A DNA stretch of 63,995 nucleotides, filler included, from Acidimicrobiia bacterium (GTDB taxonomy: Bacteria > Actinomycetota > Acidimicrobiia > Spongiisociales > JAENVV01): the NCBI GenBank assembly GCA_041577335.1. It is 11 parts of 11 records of this genome, joined end to end, with 100 filler letters (N's around TTAATTAATTAA, not from the genome) between each part and the next. Parts side by side here need not be neighbours in the genome. Positions count along the whole stretch, not along the records: positions 39,222 to 45,273 come from JBFGJH010000105.1; positions 45,374 to 50,859 come from JBFGJH010000107.1; positions 50,960 to 56,435 come from JBFGJH010000108.1; 8 more parts are not named here. One strand, 5' to 3'. This document shows, in pieces, positions 42,168 to 50,994 of this stretch. The first letter of the stretch is position 1. Each line of letters opens with the position of its first letter. A program made the translations under genes and the position numbers. The notes under the pieces are model-generated. The model saw nothing but the letters and a program-made list of their open reading frames with translations. It had not been told where the DNA came from and ran no database searches.

Positions 42168-43691
42168 CTACTCCACCCGTGCGCCTTCGAACGTGTCCGC
42201 GAATGCGCCGATTGCCGCGTCGAGGGCGTCGCTCTCTGGGAGTTTGCCGGTGTCGCGGATCTCGGCGAGGAGCCCGGCGTGACGGGTCCGCATGAAGTCG
42301 AGCAGCCCGGCTTCGGCCTTGGTGATCGCCTCGACTGCAACGGTATCGAACATCCCGTTGGTCACCGCATAGAGCGAGACGACCTGTTCCTCCACCGGCA
42401 GCGGCGAGAACTGGCCCTGCTTGAGAACCTCGACGACTCGACGGCCTCGCTCGAGCTGGGCCAGCGAGGTGGCATCCAACTCCGAGCCGAATTCGGCGAA
42501 AGCCTCCAGCTCACGGAACTGGGCAAGGTTGAGACGCAGCGTGCCGGCGACCTTCTTCATCGCTGAGATCTGGGCGGCGCCACCGACCCGTGACACGGAG
42601 ATACCGGCATTGATGGCGGGACGGATACCGGAGAAAAACAAGTCGGTCTCCAGGAAGATCTGGCCGTCGGTGATGGAAATCACATTGGTGGGGATATACG
42701 CCGAAACGTCGCCTGCTTTGGTCTCGATGATGGGCAGACCGGTCATCGAGCCGCCGCCCAACTCGTCAGAAAGTTTGGCGCAGCGCTCGAGCAACCGGCT
42801 GTGGAGGTAGAACACATCGCCGGGGAACGCTTCGCGTCCCGGTGGGCGCCGCAGCAACAGCGAGATTTCGCGGTAGGCCACCGCCTGCTTGGAAAGGTCG
42901 TCGAAGATGATGAGCGCGTGCTCGCCCTTGTACATCCAGTACTGACCGATGGCCGACCCCGAGTAGGGGGCGTACATCTGCAGGGCGGCAGGGTCGGAAG
43001 CCGGCGCTGACACGACCACCGTGAACTCCATCGCCCCGTGCCGCTCCAGCGAGTCGACCACCTCTGCGACCGTGGAAGCCTTCTGACCGATGGCGACGTA
43101 GATGCACTTCACGCCCTGGCCTCTTTGGTTGATGATCGTGTCGACTGCCACTGCGGTCTTTCCGGTCTGGCGGTCACCGATGATCAGCTCTCGCTGACCC
43201 CGGCCGATCGGGATCATGCCGTCTATGGCTTTGATCCCCGTCTGGAGTGGCTCGGACACAGGCTGGCGTTGCACCACCGAGGGCGCCTGGACTTCGAGCA
43301 GCCGGCGTTCGGTGGACGCGATCGGGCCCTTGCCATCGATCGGCTCGCCGAGCGGATTGACGACGCGGCCGAGCATGCCATCTCCGACGGGAACGGAGAG
43401 GACGGTTCCGGTTTGCTTCACCGGATCGCCTTCTTCGATGTGGTTGTACTCACCCATGAGCACCACGCCCAGGTCGGCCTCATCGATGTTCAGAGCCACT
43501 CCGAGCAGGCCGCCCGGAAACTCCAGAAGTTCCGACGCCATGGCGTTGGGAAGGCCGTCGACGCGGGCCACACCGTCGGCGATGGCGGTCACGTAACCAA
43601 CCGTCTCGCTGGTGACCTCGGGCTTCCAGCCTTCGAGGTTTGCCCGAAGAGCAGAGGTGATGTCTTCGGGATTGATGGTCAGATCTGACAT
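42168..43691 (-). CDS. atpA: ATP synthase F1 alpha
   Basis: [29 protein letters not shown]. Confidence 0.99.
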   Translation of the reverse strand: MSDLTINPEDITSALRANLEGWKPEVTSETVGYVTAIADGVARVDGLPNAMASELLEFPGGLLGVALNIDEADLGVVLMGEYNHIEEGDPVKQTGTVLSVPVGDGMLGRVVNPLGEPIDGKGPIASTERRLLEVQAPSVVQRQPVSEPLQTGIKAIDGMIPIGRGQRELIIGDRQTGKTAVAVDTIINQRGQGVKCIYVAIGQKASTVAEVVDSLERHGAMEFTVVVSAPASDPAALQMYAPYSGSAIGQYWMYKGEHALIIFDDLSKQAVAYREISLLLRRPPGREAFPGDVFYLHSRLLERCAKLSDELGGGSMTGLPIIETKAGDVSAYIPTNVISITDGQIFLETDLFFSGIRPAINAGISVSRVGGAAQISAMKKVAGTLRLNLAQFRELEAFAEFGSELDATSLAQLERGRRVVEVLKQGQFSPLPVEEQVVSLYAVTNGMFDTVAVEAITKAEAGLLDFMRTRHAGLLAEIRDTGKLPESDALDAAIGAFADTFEGARVE

Positions 43692-43708
43692 CTCTAACTC
43701 CTGAGCGT

Positions 43709-44245
43709 CTAGCGGATCTTCATTGCTTGCCGGAGGCCTTCGAGACGGTGCTGCACGCTCCCGTCGATGACCGTGTCGCCCACCCGCGCGACGATGCCGC
43801 CCATCACGTTGTGGTCAACGATCACCTTCGCTTCGAGGTCTTTGCCCGTAGCCTTTTCCAGTCCGGCAACGATTCGGGCGACGGTCTCGTCGTCGAGTTC
43901 GATGGCGGTGCGGATCTCCGCGACGTCTTTGTTGGAGGCAGCCGCAGCGACTTCGGCCATCTCATCGACCACCGCCGGCAGGGACGTTGCCAGGCCGGCC
44001 GAGGTGATGAATCCGACCATGCTGACGGTGAGACCCGAGGCGCGGGTGCCGAGGAGATCATCGATGATGGCCTGTTTGCGGTCGGCCGGGAGCCGTTGAT
44101 CGCTGAGCGCGTCGCGAAGCTCCTGCGATGATTCGAAGGTGCGAGCCACGGCGAGCAACTCCCTCTTCACCGAGTCGAGCTTGCCCTCGGAGCGGGCAAT
44201 CTCGAAGAGGCCGGTGGCGAAGCCCTTGATGCGATCGTCAGGCAT
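43709..44245 (-). CDS. atpH: ATP synthase F1 delta
   Basis: [16 protein letters not shown]; operon position. Confidence 0.95.
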   Translation of the reverse strand: MPDDRIKGFATGLFEIARSEGKLDSVKRELLAVARTFESSQELRDALSDQRLPADRKQAIIDDLLGTRASGLTVSMVGFITSAGLATSLPAVVDEMAEVAAAASNKDVAEIRTAIELDDETVARIVAGLEKATGKDLEAKVIVDHNVMGGIVARVGDTVIDGSVQHRLEGLRQAMKIR

Positions 44246-44791
44246 CTACTCCGACATCCTCTCCAAATCGGCGAGGTAACGGTCGACGAGGCCCTGTTGG
44301 GCCTCCCGGTCGAGGCTGCCGCCAACTACTTTTTCGGCGAGGTCAATGGACAAGTTGGCCACCTCTTGGCGGGCTTCGCTCATCGCTCGGTCTTTCTGCG
44401 TGGCGGCCTCTTCACGCGCCTTGGCAACGATCTCCTCAGCCTCCGAATTCGCCCTTTCTACGATCCCGGTGCGGACGGACTCGGCTTGGACGCGGGCCTC
44501 TTCGACGATCTGGTTCGCTTCGGCCTTGGCGTTGGCGATCTGCGACTTGTAGTCGTCGAGCAGGCTCTGGGCCTCGACCTTGGTCGCCTCAGCCGCTTGG
44601 ATCTGCCCGGCGATGGCTTTCTGCCGGTCATCGAGCAGCTGCTTGAGCTGCGGCCACGCGAACCGCCACATGAACAGGAAAACCACCGAAAAGGCGAGAA
44701 TTCCCGAGATGAGCTCGGCGGTATTCGGGATGAGGAGGTCGATTCCCTCCCCTCCCTCTTCTGCGGCGAGTATCTGTACTTCGGCAAGCAT
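44246..44791 (-). CDS. atpF: ATP synthase Fo b
   Basis: One TM helix followed by a long coiled coil; operon position. Confidence 0.95.
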   Translation of the reverse strand: MLAEVQILAAEEGGEGIDLLIPNTAELISGILAFSVVFLFMWRFAWPQLKQLLDDRQKAIAGQIQAAEATKVEAQSLLDDYKSQIANAKAEANQIVEEARVQAESVRTGIVERANSEAEEIVAKAREEAATQKDRAMSEARQEVANLSIDLAEKVVGGSLDREAQQGLVDRYLADLERMSE

Positions 44792-44794
44792 GGG

Positions 44795-45109
<315 letters not shown>

Positions 45110-45120
45110 TTACGTGACTT

Positions 45121-45273
45121 TCAGTGCTCCGGGTGCAGCGATGTCTCGATGTACACCGCGGACAACAGCGTGAAGATGTAGGCCTGCAGGAACCCGACGA
45201 GGAGCTCGAACAGGAAGATCCCGATTCCCACGACAAACCAGGCGAGCCCGATGCTCATCCTGCCAATGCCGAT
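45121..45273 (-). CDS. atpB: ATP synthase Fo a, C-terminal fragment
   Basis: FELLVGFLQAYIFTLLSAVYIETSLHPEH*. Confidence 0.93.
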   Translation of the reverse strand: MGIGRMSIGLAWFVVGIGIFLFELLVGFLQAYIFTLLSAVYIETSLHPEH

Positions 45274-45408
45274 NNNNNNNNNNNNNNNNNNNNNNNNNNN
45301 NNNNNNNNNNNNNNNNNTTAATTAATTAANNNNNNNNNNNNNNNNNNNNNNNNNNNNNNNNNNNNNNNNNNNNGGCTTGCCCCGGCGGCCGACCGTTGTG
45401 GGTTCGGC

Positions 45409-48400
45409 ATGACCGTCACGACGAGACACGCCACCGACCCATTCCAGGCCTATGTGCCGCACCTTCTCGTCGAATGGCACCTCGACCATCCGGACGAGAC
45501 ACACCGCGAGATCGTGGGAACGATGGTGTTCGCCGATATCTCGGGCTTCACGGCACTGTCCGAGATGTTGTCACAGTACGGCAACCTGGGAGCCGAAGAG
45601 GTCACGGACGTCATCGGCGACTGCTTTCAGGCCCTGCTGGATGTCGTCTACCCCCTGGGGGGCCGGCTCCTCAAATTCGGTGGGGACGCACTGCTGCTGC
45701 TGTTCACCGGCCCGGGCCACGAGCGCCGGGCGGTGAATGCAGCCGTGGGCATGTTGCGAGAGATGAAGAAGGTGGGCAACGTGCGCACCACCGGCGGAAG
45801 AATCACGCTGCGAATGTCGATCGGCATCCACTCCGGGACTTTCGACTTCTATCTCGTTGGCAACTCCCACCGCGAGTTGATCATCACCGGTTCGGCCGCC
45901 ACCACCACCGCCGAGATGGAGACCGCCGCCGACGCCGGCGAGATCGCCGCATCACCGGCGATCATCGCTGCACTGCCGGACCAGGTGATCGGAGCCCGGA
46001 AGGGCCCGGGTGTCCTGATCTCCGGCCCGCTGGAGGACGTGGGCGAAATCGAGGTCGACGTGCGGGAGCCCGACGTCAGCCTGGAAGAGTTTGTTCCGCT
46101 GGCCATTCGCGAACCGATCCTGGCGGACGCCATCGAGGCCGAGCATCGGCTGGTGACCGTGGCCTTCATCCAGTTCTTCGAGGTCAATGCCATGCGGGAG
46201 CGGGAGGGGATGGCGGGCGTGGCCCGGGCGCTGCAGGAACTGGTAGCGGATGTACAGCACGCGGCGGACTCGCGCAACGTGACTTTCGTCTCCACCGACA
46301 TCTACGACGACGGCGGCAAGATCATCCTGGCCGCCGGCGCCCCCACTTCCACCGGCACCGACGAAGAGCGAATGCTCGACGCGTTGAGAGAGATCGTCAC
46401 GAAGGATCGAGCGCTCCCGATTCGCGTCGGTGTCAATCGCGGGCACGTGTTCGCCGGTGACGTGGGTCCCGAGTATCGACACACCTACACCGTGATGGGC
46501 GACGGGGTCAACCTGGCGGCCCGGCTGATGTCCGCCGCCCAGCCGGGCGAGATCCGCTCCACCCCCGCCGTACTGAACCACTCTCGCACCATGTATGAAA
46601 TGACCCCGCTCGAGCCCTTCATGGTCAAGGGCAAGAGCGAGCCCATCCAGGCGTGCTCAGTAGGCGAGGAAATCGGTTCCCGCATCGACGTGGACGATCA
46701 CGACCTGCCATTCATGGGTCGCGACCAGGAGATGGTCGAACTGCGCAAGGGCCTGGAGGACGTCAAAGCCGGTATCGGATCATTGATCACCGTGAGCGGC
46801 GACCGCGGCATCGGCAAAACCCGTCTGGTGGAGGAGGCGATCCGCGATTTCGAGCCGCGGCTCGAGGTCCGGGCTGAGCCGTATGGCCTCACCAATCCGT
46901 ATCGGGCGCTTCGTGACCCGGTGCGGGGTCTGCTGAGGATCGAACGCGGCGACAACGCTTCGATGGCCAAGCAGCTGAAGACGGCCATCGAAAAGCTCGA
47001 TGCGTCGCTGCTTCCGCTCATGCCGCTCATCGCCGACGTCGTCCAGGTCGAGATTCCTTCCACTCCGGAAGTCGACGACATCGAGCCTCGATTCCGGCCG
47101 GATCGGGCGGCCGACATACTCATTGCTCTCATCGCCGCCTGCGTCCCGGGGCCGCTCGCAATCCTGGTCGACGACGCCCACTGGGTGGATGAGGCCTCGA
47201 CCAAACTTCTCTATCGGCTGTGTCAGGAGACCGCCACCCGCCCGTGGGTCATCTTCACCACTCGACGCGAAGCCGACTCGGGGTTCGATCCGCCGGGCGA
47301 GACGATCCGGCTGGCGCCGCTCGACGAGCCGACCTCCCGCGCGATCGCCATCGAGGTGACCGACGATGCACCGCTGCGGCCCCACGAGCTCGACGCCATC
47401 GTCGACCGCACCGGCGGCAACCCCCTGTATCTGGCCGAGGTGTTGGCAGCCGTCCGCACCGCCGGCAGCTTCAGCGACCTCCCTGATTCGCTCGACTCGC
47501 TGGTCACCACCCAGATCGACGCACTGCCCCCCGGTTCTCGGCAACTGCTGCGGTACGCGAGCGTGCTGGGGCGCAGCTTCCGCCCCGAACTGCTGCGCCG
47601 CATCCTGAACGGCGAGGCCGACGATGTGAACCAGCTCATTCACAAGGATCTCTCTGCCTTTTTGGAGCTGACCGATGGTCGCGTTCGGTTCCGCCACAGC
47701 ATCCATCGCGACGCGGCCTACGAGGGTCTTTCGTTCCGAAAGCGGCGGGAGCTCCACCTCGCCGCCGGCCATGCCATCCAGGAGCTGGCCCCGGATCCCG
47801 ACGCGGTGGCCGACGCCCTCGGCATGCACTTCTACCTCGGACACGATTTCGAGATGGCATGGAAATACTCCCGCATCGCCGGAGACGACGCCCGGGACGC
47901 CTACGGAAACGTGGAAGCGGCCACCAACTACGAACGGGCCCTCGAGGCCGGCAAGAGGCTGAAGAACCTCGACAAGGCCGAGGTGGCCAAGGTGTGGATC
48001 GCGTTGGGCGATGTGCGCGAGCAAATCGCAAAGTTTCCAGAAGCGATTGACGCGTTCCGGCGGGCCGGCAAGCTCCTCTCAAATGATCCGGTGGCCCAGG
48101 CCGATGTGATCGCCAGGCGAGCTTTGGCGAAAATGCGTGACATGGCCTACACCAGCGCACTGGCCGACACGACTCGCGGGCTGAACCTCCTCGAGCCAGT
48201 CGGCACCATGGATGCGGGACGGGCGCGCGCCCGCCTCATGACGACGCGTGCCCGGATTCTGATAAACCAGCGGAGACTCCGCCAGGCCCTCGACGCAGCC
48301 CAGGAGGCCATCGACGTCGCCAAGGCGGCGAATGAGGAGGAGTCGCTTGTCCTAGCTTACGACGTCTACAACTCGGCCCATCTGGACATGGGTCAACCGG

Positions 48401-49200
48401 AGAAGGCCATCTACTCGGAAAAGGCGCTCGCAATCGCAGAAAAAATCGGCCTTCTGCATGCCGCCTCGATGATCACGAACAACCTGGGAGCGAAAGCGTA
48501 TTTCGCCGGTGAATGGGACCGCGCGCTGGAGATGTATCGCAAAAGCATGAACGCTTTGGAACGGGCCGGCAACACAATGATGGCAGCCTCGGTGGGATCC
48601 AACATCGGCGAGTTGCTGGTGAGTCAGCGTAAATTCGACGAGGCGGAACCGGTGCTTCTCGATTCAGTTCGAGTTCTGCGGGCGTCCGATGCCAAATACG
48701 AAGCGTTATTTGCAGAAGCCCAATTGGGACGCCTGTACGCCGAACGGGGAGATCACGAAACAGCATTCCCGATTCTCGAGGAAGCCAGGAGCCAGCTGCT
48801 AGAACAAGGACAAGCGGTCGACAGCCTCGAGGCGGCGATATATCTGGCAGCTGCGCACATCAAGGCGGGTGACCCGAACAGAGCACTCGACCTGCTCAAG
48901 GACGCCGAGGCTGCCGCAGGGAGCGAAGTGGTCGTCATGGCTGCAATGCTTGGCCGGGTTCGAGGAGCGGCCCTCGCTGTCCTGGGGCACAGGGAAGCCG
49001 CGCTCGCCGAACTCAACGAGGCGCTTGATCTGGCCTCCCAACACGGCCTCATCTACGAATGGGCGCTGGGTCTCCAGGCCTGCGTCGACCTCAGCCCGGA
49101 TGCTCGAAGTGAGGGAGTTCGCTCCATGCAAGCCGACGCCGAAGAACTGTTCGAGCGCCTCGGCGTGGAGCCGGCCACGTACTCTGTCACACCGGACTAG
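45409..49200 (+). CDS. Tandem class III nucleotidyl cyclase - STAND ATPase - TPR protein, version A
   Basis: FADISGFT and KFGGDA (C1); YTVMGDGVNLAARL (C2); Walker A GDRGIGKT; Walker B LVDDAHW; GGNPLY; C-terminal TPR-like helices. Confidence 0.93.
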   Translation: MTVTTRHATDPFQAYVPHLLVEWHLDHPDETHREIVGTMVFADISGFTALSEMLSQYGNLGAEEVTDVIGDCFQALLDVVYPLGGRLLKFGGDALLLLFTGPGHERRAVNAAVGMLREMKKVGNVRTTGGRITLRMSIGIHSGTFDFYLVGNSHRELIITGSAATTTAEMETAADAGEIAASPAIIAALPDQVIGARKGPGVLISGPLEDVGEIEVDVREPDVSLEEFVPLAIREPILADAIEAEHRLVTVAFIQFFEVNAMREREGMAGVARALQELVADVQHAADSRNVTFVSTDIYDDGGKIILAAGAPTSTGTDEERMLDALREIVTKDRALPIRVGVNRGHVFAGDVGPEYRHTYTVMGDGVNLAARLMSAAQPGEIRSTPAVLNHSRTMYEMTPLEPFMVKGKSEPIQACSVGEEIGSRIDVDDHDLPFMGRDQEMVELRKGLEDVKAGIGSLITVSGDRGIGKTRLVEEAIRDFEPRLEVRAEPYGLTNPYRALRDPVRGLLRIERGDNASMAKQLKTAIEKLDASLLPLMPLIADVVQVEIPSTPEVDDIEPRFRPDRAADILIALIAACVPGPLAILVDDAHWVDEASTKLLYRLCQETATRPWVIFTTRREADSGFDPPGETIRLAPLDEPTSRAIAIEVTDDAPLRPHELDAIVDRTGGNPLYLAEVLAAVRTAGSFSDLPDSLDSLVTTQIDALPPGSRQLLRYASVLGRSFRPELLRRILNGEADDVNQLIHKDLSAFLELTDGRVRFRHSIHRDAAYEGLSFRKRRELHLAAGHAIQELAPDPDAVADALGMHFYLGHDFEMAWKYSRIAGDDARDAYGNVEAATNYERALEAGKRLKNLDKAEVAKVWIALGDVREQIAKFPEAIDAFRRAGKLLSNDPVAQADVIARRALAKMRDMAYTSALADTTRGLNLLEPVGTMDAGRARARLMTTRARILINQRRLRQALDAAQEAIDVAKAANEEESLVLAYDVYNSAHLDMGQPEKAIYSEKALAIAEKIGLLHAASMITNNLGAKAYFAGEWDRALEMYRKSMNALERAGNTMMAASVGSNIGELLVSQRKFDEAEPVLLDSVRVLRASDAKYEALFAEAQLGRLYAERGDHETAFPILEEARSQLLEQGQAVDSLEAAIYLAAAHIKAGDPNRALDLLKDAEAAAGSEVVVMAAMLGRVRGAALAVLGHREAALAELNEALDLASQHGLIYEWALGLQACVDLSPDARSEGVRSMQADAEELFERLGVEPATYSVTPD

Positions 49201-50546
49201 TGAAGTTTGTGAGGATCTCCGAATCCGTAGGTGTCGTAAGTCCTGACGACCTCCCCCGCCCTGGCTACCGATTCCGTATGAACCAGGCACCAGGTCTCGT
49301 CCCCGGTTTCCGGGGGCTCGTTGCCATTAGGTAGCTGCGGATAGAACTCGATTTTCGTTGTATCCGGATTGTCTCCCACGAACGCGAGGATCTTCGCCCG
49401 CTGCATCTCTCCCGCGGGGTTGATGGCACCTGTCCATTGAGCTGGCACATCGTCGTTCTCGTTCTCACCTGGGGCCGCCATGTTCTCGACCACCACACAC
49501 CACTTCATTACCACGAAGTTGTCGGGTGCGCCCTCGTCGTCGTATTTCAGCGTGCGGTGCTGTAAAGCCGGCGGAGTCGTATCGGTGCCAACAAACTGCC
49601 CCAGGTAATACGCGTCGTCCTGCCCCGTCGTTGGAGCGGGAAAGAAGGTCACTACGACACCCTGCTGAGTTTCGTTGACATCGGCGTTGTACGCCTTGGG
49701 AGCGCAGTCGGAGCCATCCCCGTTTGCGAGACGCCAGTACTGGCCATTGACGGCGCTCGCCGCCTGACCGATCAGGTCAGTCGTGTCGCCGCAATCGAGA
49801 AGTCCGACAATCTCGAACCAGGTGTCGAAAGCAGTATCACCCAACACGTCAATGATCGAGACTGCCCCGGTCGATGTGATACGCACCCCGTTGAACAGAA
49901 CGTCATCGATGCTATCGACTTTGGTCCTGTCGTAATGGACGGCGGCGGCATCGGCCAAGCCCGAATCGGGACCGCAATCGGATCCGTTGCACTCCAGCAC
50001 GATTTGGGGATCCGGAGTGTCCTGGGCGACCACCACGCCGTCCAACAAGCGCTCGACCTTCATGTCGCCGTTGAACTTGAACTCGGCGGCAATCTGGAAT
50101 GAGCCGAAGAACTTCGTTTCCAGGGCGGGGGCAGCACTGGCGTTCGTGTTGTCGATCCGAATCGTCAACGTTTCTCCCACGTTGACGCGACGGCACGGCT
50201 CACCGTTTCCTTCTCCCTGGGATTTGACACCGAGTGCCTGGTTGCGCAATCCCACGATGGCGTTGCCGGGTCCGGTCGCACCCAGCGTCACTACATCGGG
50301 CGACCCGCTCTCCGTCGCCTTGCACTGTTGCGCGATCGTCAACAATTCTGTAAACGCCACGTTGTTCTGGTCCTTGTAGACGAACTTGTCGCCCTCCGTG
50401 CCATCGAGGACGAGGTCGAGGACGTTCTTCGTTGGTTTCTTGTGATTTGGCGTGTCGTTGGCGCCGGCGCTTCCGGCGACCACCAATGAACCCAGCAGAG
50501 CCATCATTGCAAAAAGAGTCGTCAATCGTTTGGCACGAACCTGCAT
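49197..50546 (-). CDS. Secreted Cys-rich protein of unknown function, version A (449 aa)
   Basis: AGGAGG RBS; signal peptide ending AGA; 8 Cys; ends GFGDPHKLH. Confidence 0.85.
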   Translation of the reverse strand: MQVRAKRLTTLFAMMALLGSLVVAGSAGANDTPNHKKPTKNVLDLVLDGTEGDKFVYKDQNNVAFTELLTIAQQCKATESGSPDVVTLGATGPGNAIVGLRNQALGVKSQGEGNGEPCRRVNVGETLTIRIDNTNASAAPALETKFFGSFQIAAEFKFNGDMKVERLLDGVVVAQDTPDPQIVLECNGSDCGPDSGLADAAAVHYDRTKVDSIDDVLFNGVRITSTGAVSIIDVLGDTAFDTWFEIVGLLDCGDTTDLIGQAASAVNGQYWRLANGDGSDCAPKAYNADVNETQQGVVVTFFPAPTTGQDDAYYLGQFVGTDTTPPALQHRTLKYDDEGAPDNFVVMKWCVVVENMAAPGENENDDVPAQWTGAINPAGEMQRAKILAFVGDNPDTTKIEFYPQLPNGNEPPETGDETWCLVHTESVARAGEVVRTYDTYGFGDPHKLH

Positions 50547-50994
50547 GTTGCCTCCTGATGAATGCCCAGCGATCGGACGCCGGCGGTATTGCGTTCGGTT
50601 TGCGCCCGGCTTGCCCCCGGGCGTATTTCCACCCTACAGATGCAGGAGTCGCTTGAGACATCGAAGGTGTCGGTCTCACCGATCCCCGTGCCTGAATGTG
50701 GTCTTGGAGCAGCCGCCTTCGGGTTTTGCGCCGGTAAAAATCCGCAATGGCCCCAGCGTGAGGGGAGATCTCGGTGACGAGACCGTCGACTGCCTAGAGC
50801 GCCGAGATGTCGGACGTGCCGGTCACGTCGATGGTTCGGTGCTCGCCGGCCGGTGGCCCNNNNNNNNNNNNNNNNNNNNNNNNNNNNNNNNNNNNNNNNN
50901 NNNTTAATTAATTAANNNNNNNNNNNNNNNNNNNNNNNNNNNNNNNNNNNNNNNNNNNNGGCTTGCCCCGGCGGCCGACCGTTGTGGGTTCGGC

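Noticed and set aside
50547..50700. c-di-GMP-I riboswitch-like words (GGCAA...ACGCAA) upstream of the secreted gene
   Set aside because: The required paired stems and tetraloop cannot be formed by eye; an Infernal/Rfam scan would settle it
50860..50959. Apparent tandem duplication of a 5.5-kb unit
   Set aside because: The copies are separate contigs placed together by length sorting; tandem arrangement is not shown
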